The notes under the pieces were generated by a model. The model was not told where the DNA came from. It worked only from the letters and a program-made list of their open reading frames with translations, and did no database searches. Source: Selaginella moellendorffii (taxonomy: Eukaryota > Plantae > Lycopodiophyta). From it: a stretch of 64,000 nt of DNA. The DNA lies in the NCBI RefSeq assembly GCF_000143415.4, contig NW_003314366.1, positions 462,132-526,131 on the forward strand, in the 5' to 3' direction. Of this stretch, positions 1 to 13,628 are shown piece by piece (the first letter of the stretch is position 1; each line of letters begins with the position of its first letter). Position numbers and translations under genes: made by a program.

Positions 1-3000
1 AATCATCCACTTTATACTCTGCAAGTGGATTATGATGGGAGTTGTATAGCCGTTGTTGTCCCACTTGTATGCAGCCTAAGTGTTCGGCAGACTCTACTCA
101 AACAAGTGGAAGAATGCTTGTCAAATATTGATCCCACGACCTAGCATTGGCAGCTTGTGGCAATCGCAAAGGTAAACCCAGCTCTGTTGGTAATATTGGA
201 TCATGACTATATAAGAGTTTATATGGTGAAGCACCAACAGAACTTTGCACCCCTATGACATATGCATACCGAGAGATGGCAAATAACTATCCCAATGCGA
301 ATGTTGAAAGTTCACATACTTTGCAATTATCCCTTTGAATGTCCGAACGAGTCGTTCCACTAGACCGTTTGATTGTGGATGATAAGCACTTGTGAAAGTG
401 TGGCATATCCCCAATCGAGATGTCAAAACATGAAATGCCTTAGCCATAAATATGGGACCATTATCCGAAAGAATCTGCTCTGGACAAGAATGTTGGAACA
501 CTACTCGATTGAGGAGGAAGTATCCAACAGCAATTACAAAGGCATTAGCAAGAGCACCAACTTCCACCAATGAGTTAAGTAGTCAGAAGCAATAATAACA
601 TACTCATTGCCAGCAGTCGACTGTGGAAAAGGTCCCATAAGATCAAACGCCACCAACTCAAAAGGATGGGAAACTGTAATTGACTCCAACAGTCCTTCCG
701 CAGCACGAGGGGGAGTATTACGAGCTTGGCACCAAACACAACTACACATATACTGGATAATATCACGTCGCATCTCCAGCAAATAGAAAGACCTACGCAG
801 TTTCTCGGTTACATGACGATGTCCCATATGCCCACTTAGAACAGGAGAATCATAGTAGGCATGGAGAAACCACGGAATAAAGACAGAAGGCATCACTAGT
901 CGTAAATGATCATCAGGATCCATCCCCACAAAATAAAGAAGGCCGTCTTAAAAGCGATATTGAGAATGTAAATGCTGGAAAGGTAAGTCATCAGCAAATG
1001 ATGTAGGATTCTCAAACCTATCTCGAAGCCTTCGAATCCACGGCTCAATTTTTTGAGCCTCGTGAACTTCATTAAGAGAAGGTAGATCTTGTTCTGTGCC
1101 TTGTGGACACTGAACATCAAGTACAATAACTGCCAAGGGCATAAAATCCTCATCTAGAAAATCCATATGGGCTTGTCAAAAACATGAGAAGAGAGTGGAA
1201 AGGAAGAGGAGCTCGAGAAAGGGCATCAGTATCAGCATCAGCTATAGAACTCCCTGGGTGATAAACAACATCAAAATCATATATCTGAAGCTTCAAAGCC
1301 CATCAAGTAGTACGATCAACCAGGTTCTTCCACTTCAATAATGAGTAACAGCAGCATGATCAAGTAACGTCCAAGAACCATGTAGATATATATGAAATTT
1401 CTCAAAACCCTAGACTACTGCTAAACACTCCTTCTTTGTCGTGGAGTAGTTCATTTCCATTGGTTGTAATATACGGCTTATATACGCAATGGGATGGCGC
1501 TGACCAAGTAGACTTGAGCTCTCTTGCATCAACACACCTCCAAGACCAATATTAGAAGCATCCATGCGCAAAATAAAAAGTCGAGTGTAATCAGGATATG
1601 CCAAAACCGGAGGAGTTGTCAATAGCCCTTTGAGATCCACAAATGCCCGCTCACAATCCGGAAACCAGATGAAAGATGATGTTGATGACTTCAGCAACAC
1701 TCGCAATGGTGTAGTGCAATCAGAAAGATGATCCACAAAACGACCGAGATACTACAACTTGTCGAGAAAGCATTGCACATCATTCACACACTTCAGATTT
1801 GGGAACTTTAGAATAGCCACAAGTTTATCAGGATCAACTTGCAAACCCTCACGAGAAATACGGTACCCAAGATAAGTTGTGTTCTTGCACTTCTATTGCT
1901 TCAGCTTTAAACCAACGTTGTGTAGCCAATCCAACACTTTACAAATATCATGAACGTGCTCCTCCCACGTCCCCTCCGAGTGGATCAAGACATCATCAAT
2001 GAAGTCAGTAGTCACCTTCAGCATATCGTAAAAAACCTTGTCCATCATCTGCTGGAAAGTTGCTGGAGCATTGTTCAAACCAAATAGCATCACCAAGAAA
2101 CTTGTAATAACACCCTTCTCCAACATCTCCTTGATGTTTGCACTTAAAATCTTGATATCCTTGGGTGATCGACAATGAGTAGGAACCTGGATTGGATGAG
2201 CATCCCCAGTTGGAATTAGATGACGTATGGCAATCTTGGCCCCGGACAATAGGTCAAATTGAAAGAGATCAGAATACTCCTTCATGAGCTGGTCAACCGC
2301 TGCAACACAAAGATTGTCAGAGGGATCGGAAAAAGGAAGAGCAAAACAAGATGGAAACATAGGAGGAAATAGTGGGGGAACAAAAGTAATGGAAGCAGAG
2401 GTAGAAGTAAAGGGACGAAGAGGTATGAAAGTGAGAGGAATGGATGAAACATAAGGAAGTATGAGATAAGGGGAGAAGCCTCAAAGTCACACTTGGCATG
2501 ATTGTGCTACAACCAATCCATACCAAGAATAAGGTCAAAAGCTTGATTGGGCACCACCCGCAATGACTGCAACTTAAGTTTGAGATTGCCCATACATACA
2601 ACTAGGTCCGCCTCATCCCGTGCACATGCATGTGTATGGCTGTTGCCATAAAGAATGAAAACTGGTTCCACCGCACGACACAAATGTAGATGGCAACGTG
2701 TGGCAACAGGTCGAGCAATAGAAGATAAACTCAAACCTGTATCAACTAATACGGAGAGAATAATAGGAGATTTCTTGTTATAAAAACAAGCTTGGAAAGT
2801 AAACATTAGATGAACTGGTGCCAAGTGAACCCCTTGATGATACTCCTGAAAGAAAGATGGAGTATCTGACTTATTCGCGTAAGGTGCCTTCGTTACTCGC
2901 ATGACTCCTCATTTCCCGGATGCATCTCGGTGTCCGAACCTTCCATTGCAGCAACACCAATGGGACATTGCTGACGCCAAAGTCTCTAGCTAGGAAATGG

Positions 3001-4209
3001 AGGTTGCCAATCTGGAAAACGCCAATAGCACCGATAAGTATGACCAACTTCATCACACGCCCAGCAGCGAACATCACAGCCACAACCACATCCTCGCCCT
3101 TATCCTTGGACTCGAGTAGTAGCAACATCAACCTCCATTGGAATAGGACCATTACCTATAGGAAGTGGAGCTAAAGGATGTGCAACGAGAAGTGGAAGAG
3201 GCGACATCTCATAACATTGTGCTAAGTGAAGAACATCGTCAAGAGTAGTGGGAGCAAGTGTATGCATAAGTTTGACAAAATCTTGATGAAGTGCTAGCCA
3301 CAACATTCCTAGCTTGATCCGCTTCGACATATTTGGCTTTGCACAAAGCAAAAGACTTCGAAATGAACGCCAAATTGCATCACTAACTCAGATGGCTGTT
3401 GGCGAAAATGATGCGATTATTGGAAAGCATCATTATAGTCGTCGGCATGTCCAAAGGCGCCTTTGAAGATGTTCGGGAGAACACTCCAATCCCCATGAGT
3501 GGCTGCGTTCAAACCATTGTACCACTGCAATGCCATCCCTTGAAGACACATGGAAAACTCACGCAAATGTCGAGCATCATCCCAAGAATAATATGTGGCA
3601 ATCACTGTGAAGTGATCGAACCAATGGTACACATCATCCCCAGGATTCCCACGAAAGAACTCTCGTTGAACGCGAGGATTGGCACCAAGAGCAAGAGGAG
3701 TTGTGCCACATGCCATGAACGCCGCTATCAACTGAGTTTGGTTGTTCAATTTCAAGCACATAGCATCAAGCAATTGTACCAACTGCTACTCTAGAGTCAA
3801 AGGAGGAGATTGCTGATCTGCCATGAAGACAAACGAAGAAAGAGCAAAAGAAGAGAAATGACAAAAAGCTAGAAAGAAATGGTAGATTTAGACAATGCAA
3901 AAAGTTAGATCTAAACCAAAATCCTGAAAGGAAAGAACAAAATAAAGGAAATGGAAAAAGCTAGATCTAAACCAAAATCCCAAATCCAAGCACTCCTCAG
4001 GGATAATCAAAGATGCCCTTCACTTTCACTAATGTGAGTGTTTGGAATATGGAAAGGGAATATAGAAAATATGCATATCAATTAGATCAAAAACCCTAGT
4101 TTATATATAGGAGCGGGTGGTCTAAATTGAAACCAATCTGACGGCTACCAAAATCCAACTACCACTAATATTAGTATACGGCATCATAGCCGTACACTTG
4201 GCCCTCACA
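1..4209 (-). mobile_element. Decayed Ty3/Gypsy LTR retrotransposon, copy A (5' LTR 4033-4209; 3' end beyond window start)
   Basis: Minus-strand ORF fragments in order gag (3417-3782, plus CWACDEVGH knuckle), protease (LVDTG, 2507-2902), RT (FGLNNAPATFQ, FIDD), RNase H (DASNIGLGGVL), integrase (GHMG..CVWCQ, SDNG, AYHPQSNGLVER). 177-bp TG..CA LTR. Many stops and frameshifts; internal RT deletion relative to copy D. Confidence 0.93.
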
Positions 4210-4854
4210 ATATATAATCATTGTATATATTTATATATTAAAATGAATGTGTTATAACAGGTTGAATAAGATCATATGCATTACATTCAATTTCCAAATC
4301 CATACAGCATTTGTGAAGAAAATGATAAAAAATAAAATGGAAAAATACTTATATTTTTCCTATTTCTATAGTTATTTTATCAAGTATTACAGCTTAATCA
4401 TACCGTATATAATTTAGTATCACAATATTTAAAATTTTAATTGCAATATGAGAAGGTTTCTATGAATATTATTAATTGATGTAAAGAAGAGTAAAAGATA
4501 CTATTTTTTAGTTATCATTAGTTATTATGTAGCTCTCTCAATATTGTTTGGTTCTACTAGGAATTAAATTATTGAATCAATAAAATCCACTATTGTCATC
4601 AATTTTAAGTGTGTAATCATAAGATATAAAAAGAATTTTATTTGTTTTAAGTTGCAAAGTTATAGTGACATTATACATCCATATATATACATGTTAAATT
4701 ATGTTATAATATATGCAAAGTATTTTTGTTCAGTATCAGGTTTCTTTAACTTATATTATAAAGTGTTTTAGATTTAAAAGAAGCTTAAAATATTTTTAAG
4801 ATTTAATTGAATTATTTTGTATTTTAGTGACAGTTATTCAGGAAAGTCATCATT

Positions 4855-4856
<2 letters not shown>

Positions 4857-4893
<37 letters not shown>
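4857..4893. repeat. (AT)n microsatellite
   Basis: About 18 AT units. Confidence 0.95.
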
Positions 4894-4895
<2 letters not shown>

Positions 4896-5068
4896 GTTTA
4901 TAAGTTGAAAAAAATTATTAATATTAATATCTAAGGAAATTTTGTATGATAAAATATTTTAGATTATCTATATATTGTGAGGTGCAAGTGTACAACCACA
5001 TTGCAATATACTATTATTACATACTAGAATTTTAGTAGTTATCAATTTGGTTTCAATCCAGATCACTC

Positions 5069-5653
5069 TGATGCCACCATTATGCAATCTTGCTTACCTT
5101 GACAGATGATGGAGACAGTAGTGGTCAAGGAGATTATGGTAACCCTAAACCCTGTACTTGTTGTGCTAAAGGGAGCTAAACATCACTTTAGGGGTAACTT
5201 GGAGTAGTTAGGATTTGAAAAAGTTTTGGGTGGTTTTAGAAGACCATGCATAAGATGATTAGGAAGGGAGGATTTTTGGATCATGTATAGGATTTATATA
5301 TTTCCTCTCCAATGCTAAATTTAGAGGAGGTTTACAGCATTTTTTTAGTCCCTATAGTAGGGTTATGACTCTTTTGAAGATGAGCTAATGCACTTATCCC
5401 ATCTGGAAGTAGGGTAGCACGCTCCAACCATGAGTTAGAGAACATTCACACCTCACTTGGATTTACATTGTCTTGGCATAGAGCACTCAATATAACAAAT
5501 GGCTTCAAGCTTTATAGTAGTCACCTAGGAGGCAAGTGGCCCAGGAGCGAGCATTTGTGCTCATAGTTTTGTTAGTTTTACCTTGTGAGAGTGTGCTCTT
5601 GATGTTGTTTAAGTCCCTATGAGACATTGGGGAATGTACATATGGTTTCATCA
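5069..5653. mobile_element. 585-bp insertion (solo-LTR-like, TGATG...CATCA) inside the 5' LTR of copy B
   Basis: Host LTR stops at 5068 and resumes at 5654; ends are 5-bp inverted repeats. Confidence 0.6.
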
Positions 5654-6405
5654 ATCTAGTCCACTCACTCTTGCATATAAACAAGGGTTCTCGGGCTAAT
5701 TGAATATGTACATTTTTGTATTCCATTTACATATTCTATTTATTCACTTTAGTGGAAGTGAGGGTAATTTTAATTGTAGTTAAGGAGTGTTTAAATTTGT
5801 GATTTTGATTTAGATCTAACGTTTGCATTATCTATATCTTTATTTTCTTATCACTTTTCAATTTCTTTAGTTTTACTTCTTCTTTTTCATCTTCATAGCA
5901 AAACAATAGCTTCCTCCTTTCCTGACTCTAGAGTAGCAATTAATGCATTTGCTCAATGCTATGTAGTTGTAGTTAAATAATCAAACTCAATTGATAGTAA
6001 CATTCACAGCATGTGGTACAATTCTTTTTGTTTTCACTGCCAATCCTTACATTTAGTTAGAGTTCTTCCATGGAATCCTTAGGATGATGCTATTCATTTC
6101 ATCACTTTATAGTGAATGCCATCTATCATTTTTAGGATGATGCTTGGCATCTACGCGAGTTTCCCATATGTTTCCAAAGGATGACATTGCAGTGGTATAA
6201 TGGTTTAAGCTCAACCACTTGTGCAGATTAGAGCATTCTCTTATATGTCTTCAAACATACATTTAGACATGCTAATGATTGTGATATTACCTTTCAACAA
6301 TTGCATTATCCTTATCAAGGATTGTTTGAGTTAGTAACCCAATTTGGTATTCACTTTTGGAGCCTCTTACTTCGTGTAGAGCCAAATATGCCAAAGCAAA
6401 TCAAG

Positions 6406-7370
6406 TGTAAGGAACCAATTCCTCGAGGTGTCGTAAGCTAAAGGATCCCCAAATGCACGACTGAAATGATAAAGAGTTCATCGGATGAGACCGAGTCTGA
6501 GATCGAGTCAAGACCGACTCTGAGACCGAGTTTGAGACAGAGTCCGAGATCAAGTCCGAAGCCGTTTGAGACCGAGTCCAAGATTGAGTTTGAGACTAAG
6601 TTCGAGACCGAGTCCGAGATCCGAGATTAGGTCCGAGACCAAGTCCGAGGTCAAGTCCAAGATCGGGTCTGAGATGGTGTCTGAGACCGAGTCCAAGGTC
6701 AGGTCTGAGATCGAGTCCGAGATTGAGTCCAAATACTAATATAAGTCGTGGGATGAAAGCCCAAAGTGTGTGTCTCCCAGGGTTTGGGGGGTTCGGGGCT
6801 GCAGAGGGTTCCAAAAGTATAGTAGGGATAGTGAGGTCTAGGAACCAGTCTCGAAGGAACTCTCCAGTGGTGCTTTTAAACTAACTTGAGGTTGAGACTG
6901 GGGTTTAAGGGTCTTGGGTGGGAGTGAGCATGGACTCGGATGGTGTCGGAGGGGCTACCCAAGGAAGTGCTCAAGAGCAGCTCCTACTCCCAAAAGGGAA
7001 ATCGATTGCAGTGCTCCCAGCTCATATGGAGTGTTGCCCCACTTGAGTACCTTGTGGTTCATTGGTCCTCACCCTTCCTAGGGGCTTGGGCCTTCCCTTC
7101 GGGATGGAAGTGGGGGAATAGAGGTACCCATACTAGGCCATTAGGCCATGGTGTTCCCCCCGGTGTCCCGAAGCAAGTGTTGCACTTAAGGCTTAGGATT
7201 TAGAGGGTCCCATGATCAAGTCTTGTTGTACCAATGGATATTAGGAACCTAAATGCTTAGAGTGCTTGGCTACTTGTGCCTGTAGGGAGTGTAACCGAAC
7301 CTTAAGTTTAGTCTAACCCAAGAAAGGGGATTATGAGAGATTTGGGGAATCCGTGGATGGATGGCTAACA
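6406..7370 (+). mobile_element. LTR remnant of a family related to element X, inserted in copy B gag
   Basis: TGTAAG start, AACA end; GAGTCC/GAGACC hexamer array and TGAAAGCCCAAAG..CCAAAAGTATAGTAGGG block shared with the X LTR; ~100 bp of host gag missing at the junction. Confidence 0.65.
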
Positions 7371-8740
7371 CTTTATTGCATATACTTCAACTCCACCTTC
7401 TAGGGGAGATGATCTTGCTCTGATGCAAGTTGACACTGTTGCAGCCCATATTTAAGGACAAGGGCAAGGATGGTTGTGATGTTCGTTGCTAGATGTGTGA
7501 TAAGGTGAACCATATATTGACGTTGTTGGTGTTTCTAGATTAGCATCCTCCATTTCCTAAGTGGAAGCCTTGATGGTAACAATGTTCTATTGGTGTTGTT
7601 GCAGTGGAAGGTCTTAACATAAATATTCTTTTAAAAAATGAAGAGTCATGTAAGTAGTGGAGGGTGTTTATATGAATAAATCAGTGACTTTCCAACCTTT
7701 TTTTTAGAGTACTATCATTCGGCACTAGTTCAAGATCAATAAAAGATATTTTATTATTCTCTTTATGTTGGTTGATACAAGCTCAAGTTTATCTTCTATT
7801 GCTTAACCTATTGCCAGATGTTGCTATCTAAAATTGTGTTTAGAGCCTGTCTTCATTCTCTATAGCAATGGCTACACATATGCATGTGAGCAGAATGAAG
7901 CAAACCTATCTATGTGTGTGGGTGATCTTAAGCTTTTTGCTTCAATTATTATAAGTGGTGGTGAGTCAAGTTCTTAACCTCATCCTTGGTGCAACACAAT
8001 TACACTAAATATAATTTTGAGGTTTCTCCCCCTTTTCTCATACTCTATTCCTTATTTAAATCCCTTAAATAGTTTTTTTTTTGCAAAGGTTGACCAAAAT
8101 TATGTTGATTTATTTGATTTTGACTTATTATTTTGGGCATAATTGCAATATGTCATCTTATTCCAAATAAGGATGTTCATTCAATCAAGGTTTTTATTAA
8201 GTATTAGTCACCAAAAGAAATCAAGATTTTACACATAAACATCAAAGAGATGTTGAAGAAAGGTATTATTCAAAAGTTTTAGAGTTCTTAGACATGTAAA
8301 TCTTATCATATAATAAAGCCTAATAGGAGTATTTAATTTTGTATTGACTATTATCCATTAAATGAAGGATATGTACCCTCTTCCTCACACTATTGATCTT
8401 TTAGATCATTTGGGAAGAAGTCGCTAGGTCACTATGTTAAATCTTACTTCTAGATATTAGCAAGTGCTAATGGTTGAAGAAAATGTTCCTAAAACTATTT
8501 TATATACACCATTTGATTTGTATAGATTCTTAATAATGCTAAACAATATTTCAAGAACTTTTCAGTGAAGTTCTTTGTAATATGCCAAAGGTGACTGCTA
8601 ACTCCATTGATGATGTCTTGATCTACTTGAAGGGAACATATGAGGAGCATATTCGTGATGTTCACAAGGTGTTGGATTGGTTATAAAGTTTATTTAAAGC
8701 TAAAGTGATTGAAGTGTGTGTTTAGATCCAAGGACACAAC

Positions 8741-10289
8741 TGTAAGACACAAATCCCTAAGTACCAAAATGGAGATAAAAGGGTGCCACATGGTAATGGC
8801 CAAAGTAGAAGCCAAACAAGTGTAACACATTTGGACTAAAAGCTATGACTTGAATAATCGAGAGTGGGAGTGAAACTCCTAACGAAATGCTTAAGGAATG
8901 AGCATGAAACAAGCAGTAAGTGAGTTTATAGAAAAGGGATACAAGAGGACAAACACATGACATATGGAAGTGTCAAGATGGTCCAAGATAGACCCAAGAA
9001 GGAGTCCAATATGAACCCAAGAAAGAGTCCGAGATGGAGTCCAAAAAGAAGTCTGAGATGGACCTAAGAAAGAGTCTGAGATAAACCAGAGAAAGAGTTT
9101 GAGATGGACCCGAGAAAGAGATCAAGATGGAGTCTAAGATGGACCTGAGATGGAGTCTGAGATGGACCCGAGATAGAGTTTGAGATAGATCTGAAATGGA
9201 GTCCGAGATGGACTTGAGATGGAGTCTGAGGTCAAAACCAAGACCAAGACCAAGACCAAGATTGAGTTTGAGACCAAGCTAAGTCCGAGTCCAAGTCCAA
9301 GGGTGAAAGCCTAAAACATTCATTTCCCAGACCCTAGGGGGTTTAGTGAGTTCCAAAAGTATAGTAAGGGGAGGACTCTAGTGGAGCCAGTTTGGCTAGG
9401 AAAGGGCAATGTAACCAAGGAAGGCTATATCCATGTGGTGGGTGATAATAAAACCACTAAGGAGTTCAAGACTAGAGTAAATATGTATAAATAAGTAGGG
9501 TAGCTTAGTGAAATGTTCAAGAGCTGGCTCTAGCTCCCTCAGGAGATTGAATAGTCAATGCTCTTAATCTAAGTATGGGTGCCACTATTTACTTGGATAT
9601 CTCACGTGGCTCATTGGAACTTCGCTCTAGCCATATGGCTAAGGCACTTAAAGGCAGAAGGTAGGGAGAATGCCTATGAGGCTTGTGTAGAGCTATGGTG
9701 TTTCAAAATGTTATCCCAAAATCCCAGATTGTGGAAAAGAAAAAGGGTAATCCTCTGGCGTAGTGACCAAGGATATAGTCATATGGTGAAGAAGTCCCAA
9801 AATATAATAGGATTTAGTGGTCAAGCCTTTGGGCCTTGACCCAGTGGCAATATGGGTGAGCACGGCCGTGGATGAAGAGGGATTTGGTGGGGACGGAAGA
9901 AAGGACATTGGGGAAGGGTGTTTTCGATATCTTCAGGCATTTTAAAGGTGCTAAGGTGTAATTAAGGGATGAACACTTATGGGCCCTAGTCTTTGAAAGA
10001 TAGAGCTATGATGCAGGTGGTCTTGGACTACTAATGTGACAAAGATGAACGAACATAGCCTTAACATAATGAGCTGATATATCAATAGTAACTTTGGGTG
10101 TCAATCATAAGATTGGACACGTGGAGCATTTGGACCAAGTGCAAAAGATAAGTGGTATAAATGCCACTTATAGGGCTAATATGTTTTAAGTTAGGAATAG
10201 GACTTATAGGGGTTGTGAGTGAGACTTTTCCAAATGGTCAAAGGTGTGGTTAAGTAACTAAAGTAGAATTGAAAATTTAGTCGCTTACA
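8741..10289 (+). mobile_element. Solo LTR of element X
   Basis: TGTAAGACAC...GCTTACA, flanked by ACAAC/ACAAT 5-bp TSD; colinear with the reverse complement of 57005-58803; host RT resumes after it. Confidence 0.9.
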
Positions 10290-12758
10290 ACAATTTATCT
10301 TGTATACCATATTTTTCATAAATGTTTGTAAATTGATTTTGATAAATTTGTGGCTGTTCTAATTTTTCTTACTCTGAAGTGTGTAAATAATATGCAATAC
10401 TACCAGAGCAAGGTGGAATATCTCCATCATTTTGTTCATCTTCTTTCTGATTGTACTATACCATTATAAACATTAATGAAGTCATCAACATTGTCTTTCA
10501 TTTGGTCTAAGGATTGTGAGTGGGCATGTGTAGATCTTAAAGAATTGTTAAGGCTCCTCTAATTTTGGTATATTTTGATTATATTCGACCTTTCATTTTT
10601 CTCATGGATGCTTTTGATATCATTCTCAAGGGTGTAATACAAAAAAGCATGAGTGCACTTGGTTAATGTTGTCCCTTTGCATATATTAGTGTATATTACA
10701 ACCAGTAAAGATAAACTACTTAATGACAAAGAATGAGTATTTAACAATAGTTTGGGGTTTTGAAAAGCTTCATATATATTTATATGGTTCTTGAACATTA
10801 CTAAAAAGTGATTATGTTCTTTTCCAAACTTTTTTCCCTTCTTCACTTACCTCTCCTATTTTAATGAGTTTGTGTAAGTTTTTGAATTTGGACTTCCTAG
10901 GAAGTTACTCAGCCTAATACTACTCAAACCCAAGAACACTTGACTCTAAGTATTATAAAACTTTTAACTAATTGAAAAAGGGGCACTTTTTTTTATGGGC
11001 CCTTTCTCTTTATATTTAAACCTTTATAGTTCATTTCTCAAATTATTCTCTTTAATTACATACAATTTACCATACTTTCCTACAAATTCATACTTTTGTA
11101 AAAAGAAGTTGAGAGCCTTACTTTCTTAACACCCTACTCCTAGGGTCGAGCCTAACTACACCAAATTGCTAATACTACTTAAACCCAAAGATGCTTATTC
11201 CAAAACCCTTAATTGATTATAAAAAGGGGTGCACTATTGTTCATGAGTCCTTTCCCTTTATATTTGAATTTTAACAAATTGTCTTTTGAATAATTCTCTT
11301 TTAATTATTACAGTTTATTGTTTCAACATCAATAGATTTTCTAGATAAGGATTCTATACCGTTAATAATTGTTATACTTAATATTTAGTATCCACAAAGT
11401 GTGGAGATAGATTTACCTTTTTTTTAATGAGGTTTATGAGGCTAAAAAATTTGAGCTATGGATTTGAAGGCTTTGTGATGGGTTTGAGAATTTTGCATCA
11501 CTTATTAATGATTTTTCATTTCAATATTTATATTCTTAATATCACTTTAAGAATGACTTTTATTTTGTAGGGATTGATCATTTATGGTTAGTGGTGCCTT
11601 CAATCTTTATTCCATGCTATATCCACACTTACCATGAATTTTTTATTTTAAGTGGTCATATAAAACATTATCGTATGATTGAAAAGCTACATAGGTCTTT
11701 TTATTGGTCAAAAATATACCGTAATATCATTTAATATGTGTATAATTGTGTTTGGCTTAGTTGGGGATACACCACACTTTTCATAAGTGCTTATTATTCA
11801 TAAATAGATAGTTTAGTAGAATGGTTTATTTGGACTTTTAAAGGGATGATTATGAAGTATATAAACTTTTAGCATTTGGATTGTGATAATTATTTACCAT
11901 CTCTTTAGTATATGTATATCACAAAGGTATAGAGTTTTACTGATGCTTCATCATATAAACTATGGTCATGATCCAATACTACCAATGGAGTTTCATGATT
12001 ATCACAAATTGAAGATGCTAGGTTTTAGGATTAGTATTTGATGAACATTCTTCTACTAGTTTGAGCAAAGTCTGTTAATACTTTGGCCATGTACAAGTGG
12101 TATGACAACGGCAATTTAACTCCCATCATTGTTTACTTACAAAATACAAAGTGGATGACTTAGTGTTAGTTTATTTTTCTAATTTTATAATATATGATTT
12201 GTTTAACAAGCTCCTTATTTAGTAAAATGTATTAAGTGTTGTGGCAAGTTGAACCATAAACTTATAAGAGTTGATTCTCCAGAAATTATGCATATGCATT
12301 GGATAAATCACTTCGTACAAAGGGATTGGGAAAAATTAGCACTACTTACAAATCCACTAGTACCTATTTTAAATTCTGGCCTATTAACCAAATAACCCTA
12401 ATTGCCTTCCAAAAGAGGGGATGATGAAGTTTAGATGTACAACTATAATACCATACACTATTATTAATGTAGTGGGATTTTGATAGTTATCAAATTAGTT
12501 TTAATTTGGACCACTCAGCTATAGTTCTATATTCCATGCACTCACATATTTTAATTTAGAGAAATTTGTGAAATAAAATATTTTATATTTAATGTATATA
12601 TTAGTTTTATGAAGTATTTTCATGAATAATGAATTCCACTTATAATATGCTTAGAATGATAAATAAATTTCATCTGAGTTAAATTTGATGAATTATTTCT
12701 AATTTATATATTTTACTTATATAGTTATAAGTCACATGTATAGATGGTTTCTAAATAA

Positions 12759-13002
12759 TTTGATGCTTAATAGTAGTATTTATTATTTATTAGTCCAATT
12801 GATCATTATGAAATTTATAATTATAAAGATGTTTTATAATTTATAAACACGAGATTAAACTTATTACATATCAACCATTAGATGGTAAACTAAAATTAGA
12901 ACATACTATTATAAATATATTAATCTAGATAACCCAAAATATTCAAGCATATTTTAGGTATATTCAGTACCACTACTTAACAAATTTTGTTAAGCAAACC
13001 AA
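12759..13002. mobile_element. Degenerate MITE-like repeat (same family as 29439-29696)
   Basis: Colinear AT-rich similarity to 29439-29696; right end TTAAGCAAACCAA. Confidence 0.5.
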
Positions 13003-13628
13003 AAATATTAAGACTGCTTAAATAGTTTATTAATAGGAAGCTTCCATTTGTTCTAGACGTCATGGAGTGTAAGTTGGCCACAACAGTACACTGGGAATAG
13101 TTTCAAATGCTCTATTACAGAGGACTTTGTGTTGTTGGTGGATGATTTTGGTGGCGGCATGGACGAGCTTGAAGGTGGAATTGTTCCACTCAATTTGACT
13201 GATTCACCCAACCTTTTAGTTGTCTCGTTCCCTGTTGGAGCTTTTCTGTGATCGATCACTCACAAGAGTGCTGCTGTCTGTTGCTGACAGCCGCCAGAAA
13301 AACACATGCGAGGCAGCTGTGGATGACGTGACGAGTACTGCAATTTGCTTCTGGAGGCAACGCGGAGAGAACAAAACCAAAGAAAAGACCAGCTTGAATC
13401 CAATAGGATGTAGGTACTAAACAATCTACGAGTCAACAACTGTATAGAAAAAAATGAGGAAGCATGCAGTTCAAGGTGGTCCCATCCCGTTAAAACTTCT
13501 CGTTATTCTCGCATGAATTCCTGACAGCGACCGGCTGCCTGGCCGTTACTCTAGCTCGTCCCTCTGATCATGTCGTAGAAACTTTGTGTGATCCGTGTAA
13601 AAGTCAAGCTACGCGAAGATCCAAGCTT

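Larger units (their letters stand above)
4976..12546 (+). mobile_element. Highly decayed Gypsy copy B of the same family with nested insertions
   Basis: 5' LTR starts TGTGAGGTGCAAGTG at 4976; gag/PR/RT/RH/IN remnants are colinear with copy A; PPT AAAAGAGGGG then 3' LTR ~12425-12546 ending CACTCACA. Confidence 0.85.

Noticed and set aside
13053-13259. LRR-like words (KLSGTIP here; LQDLN/EGSLPAE near 29070-29120)
   Set aside because: Too short and broken to support a gene or pseudogene call.
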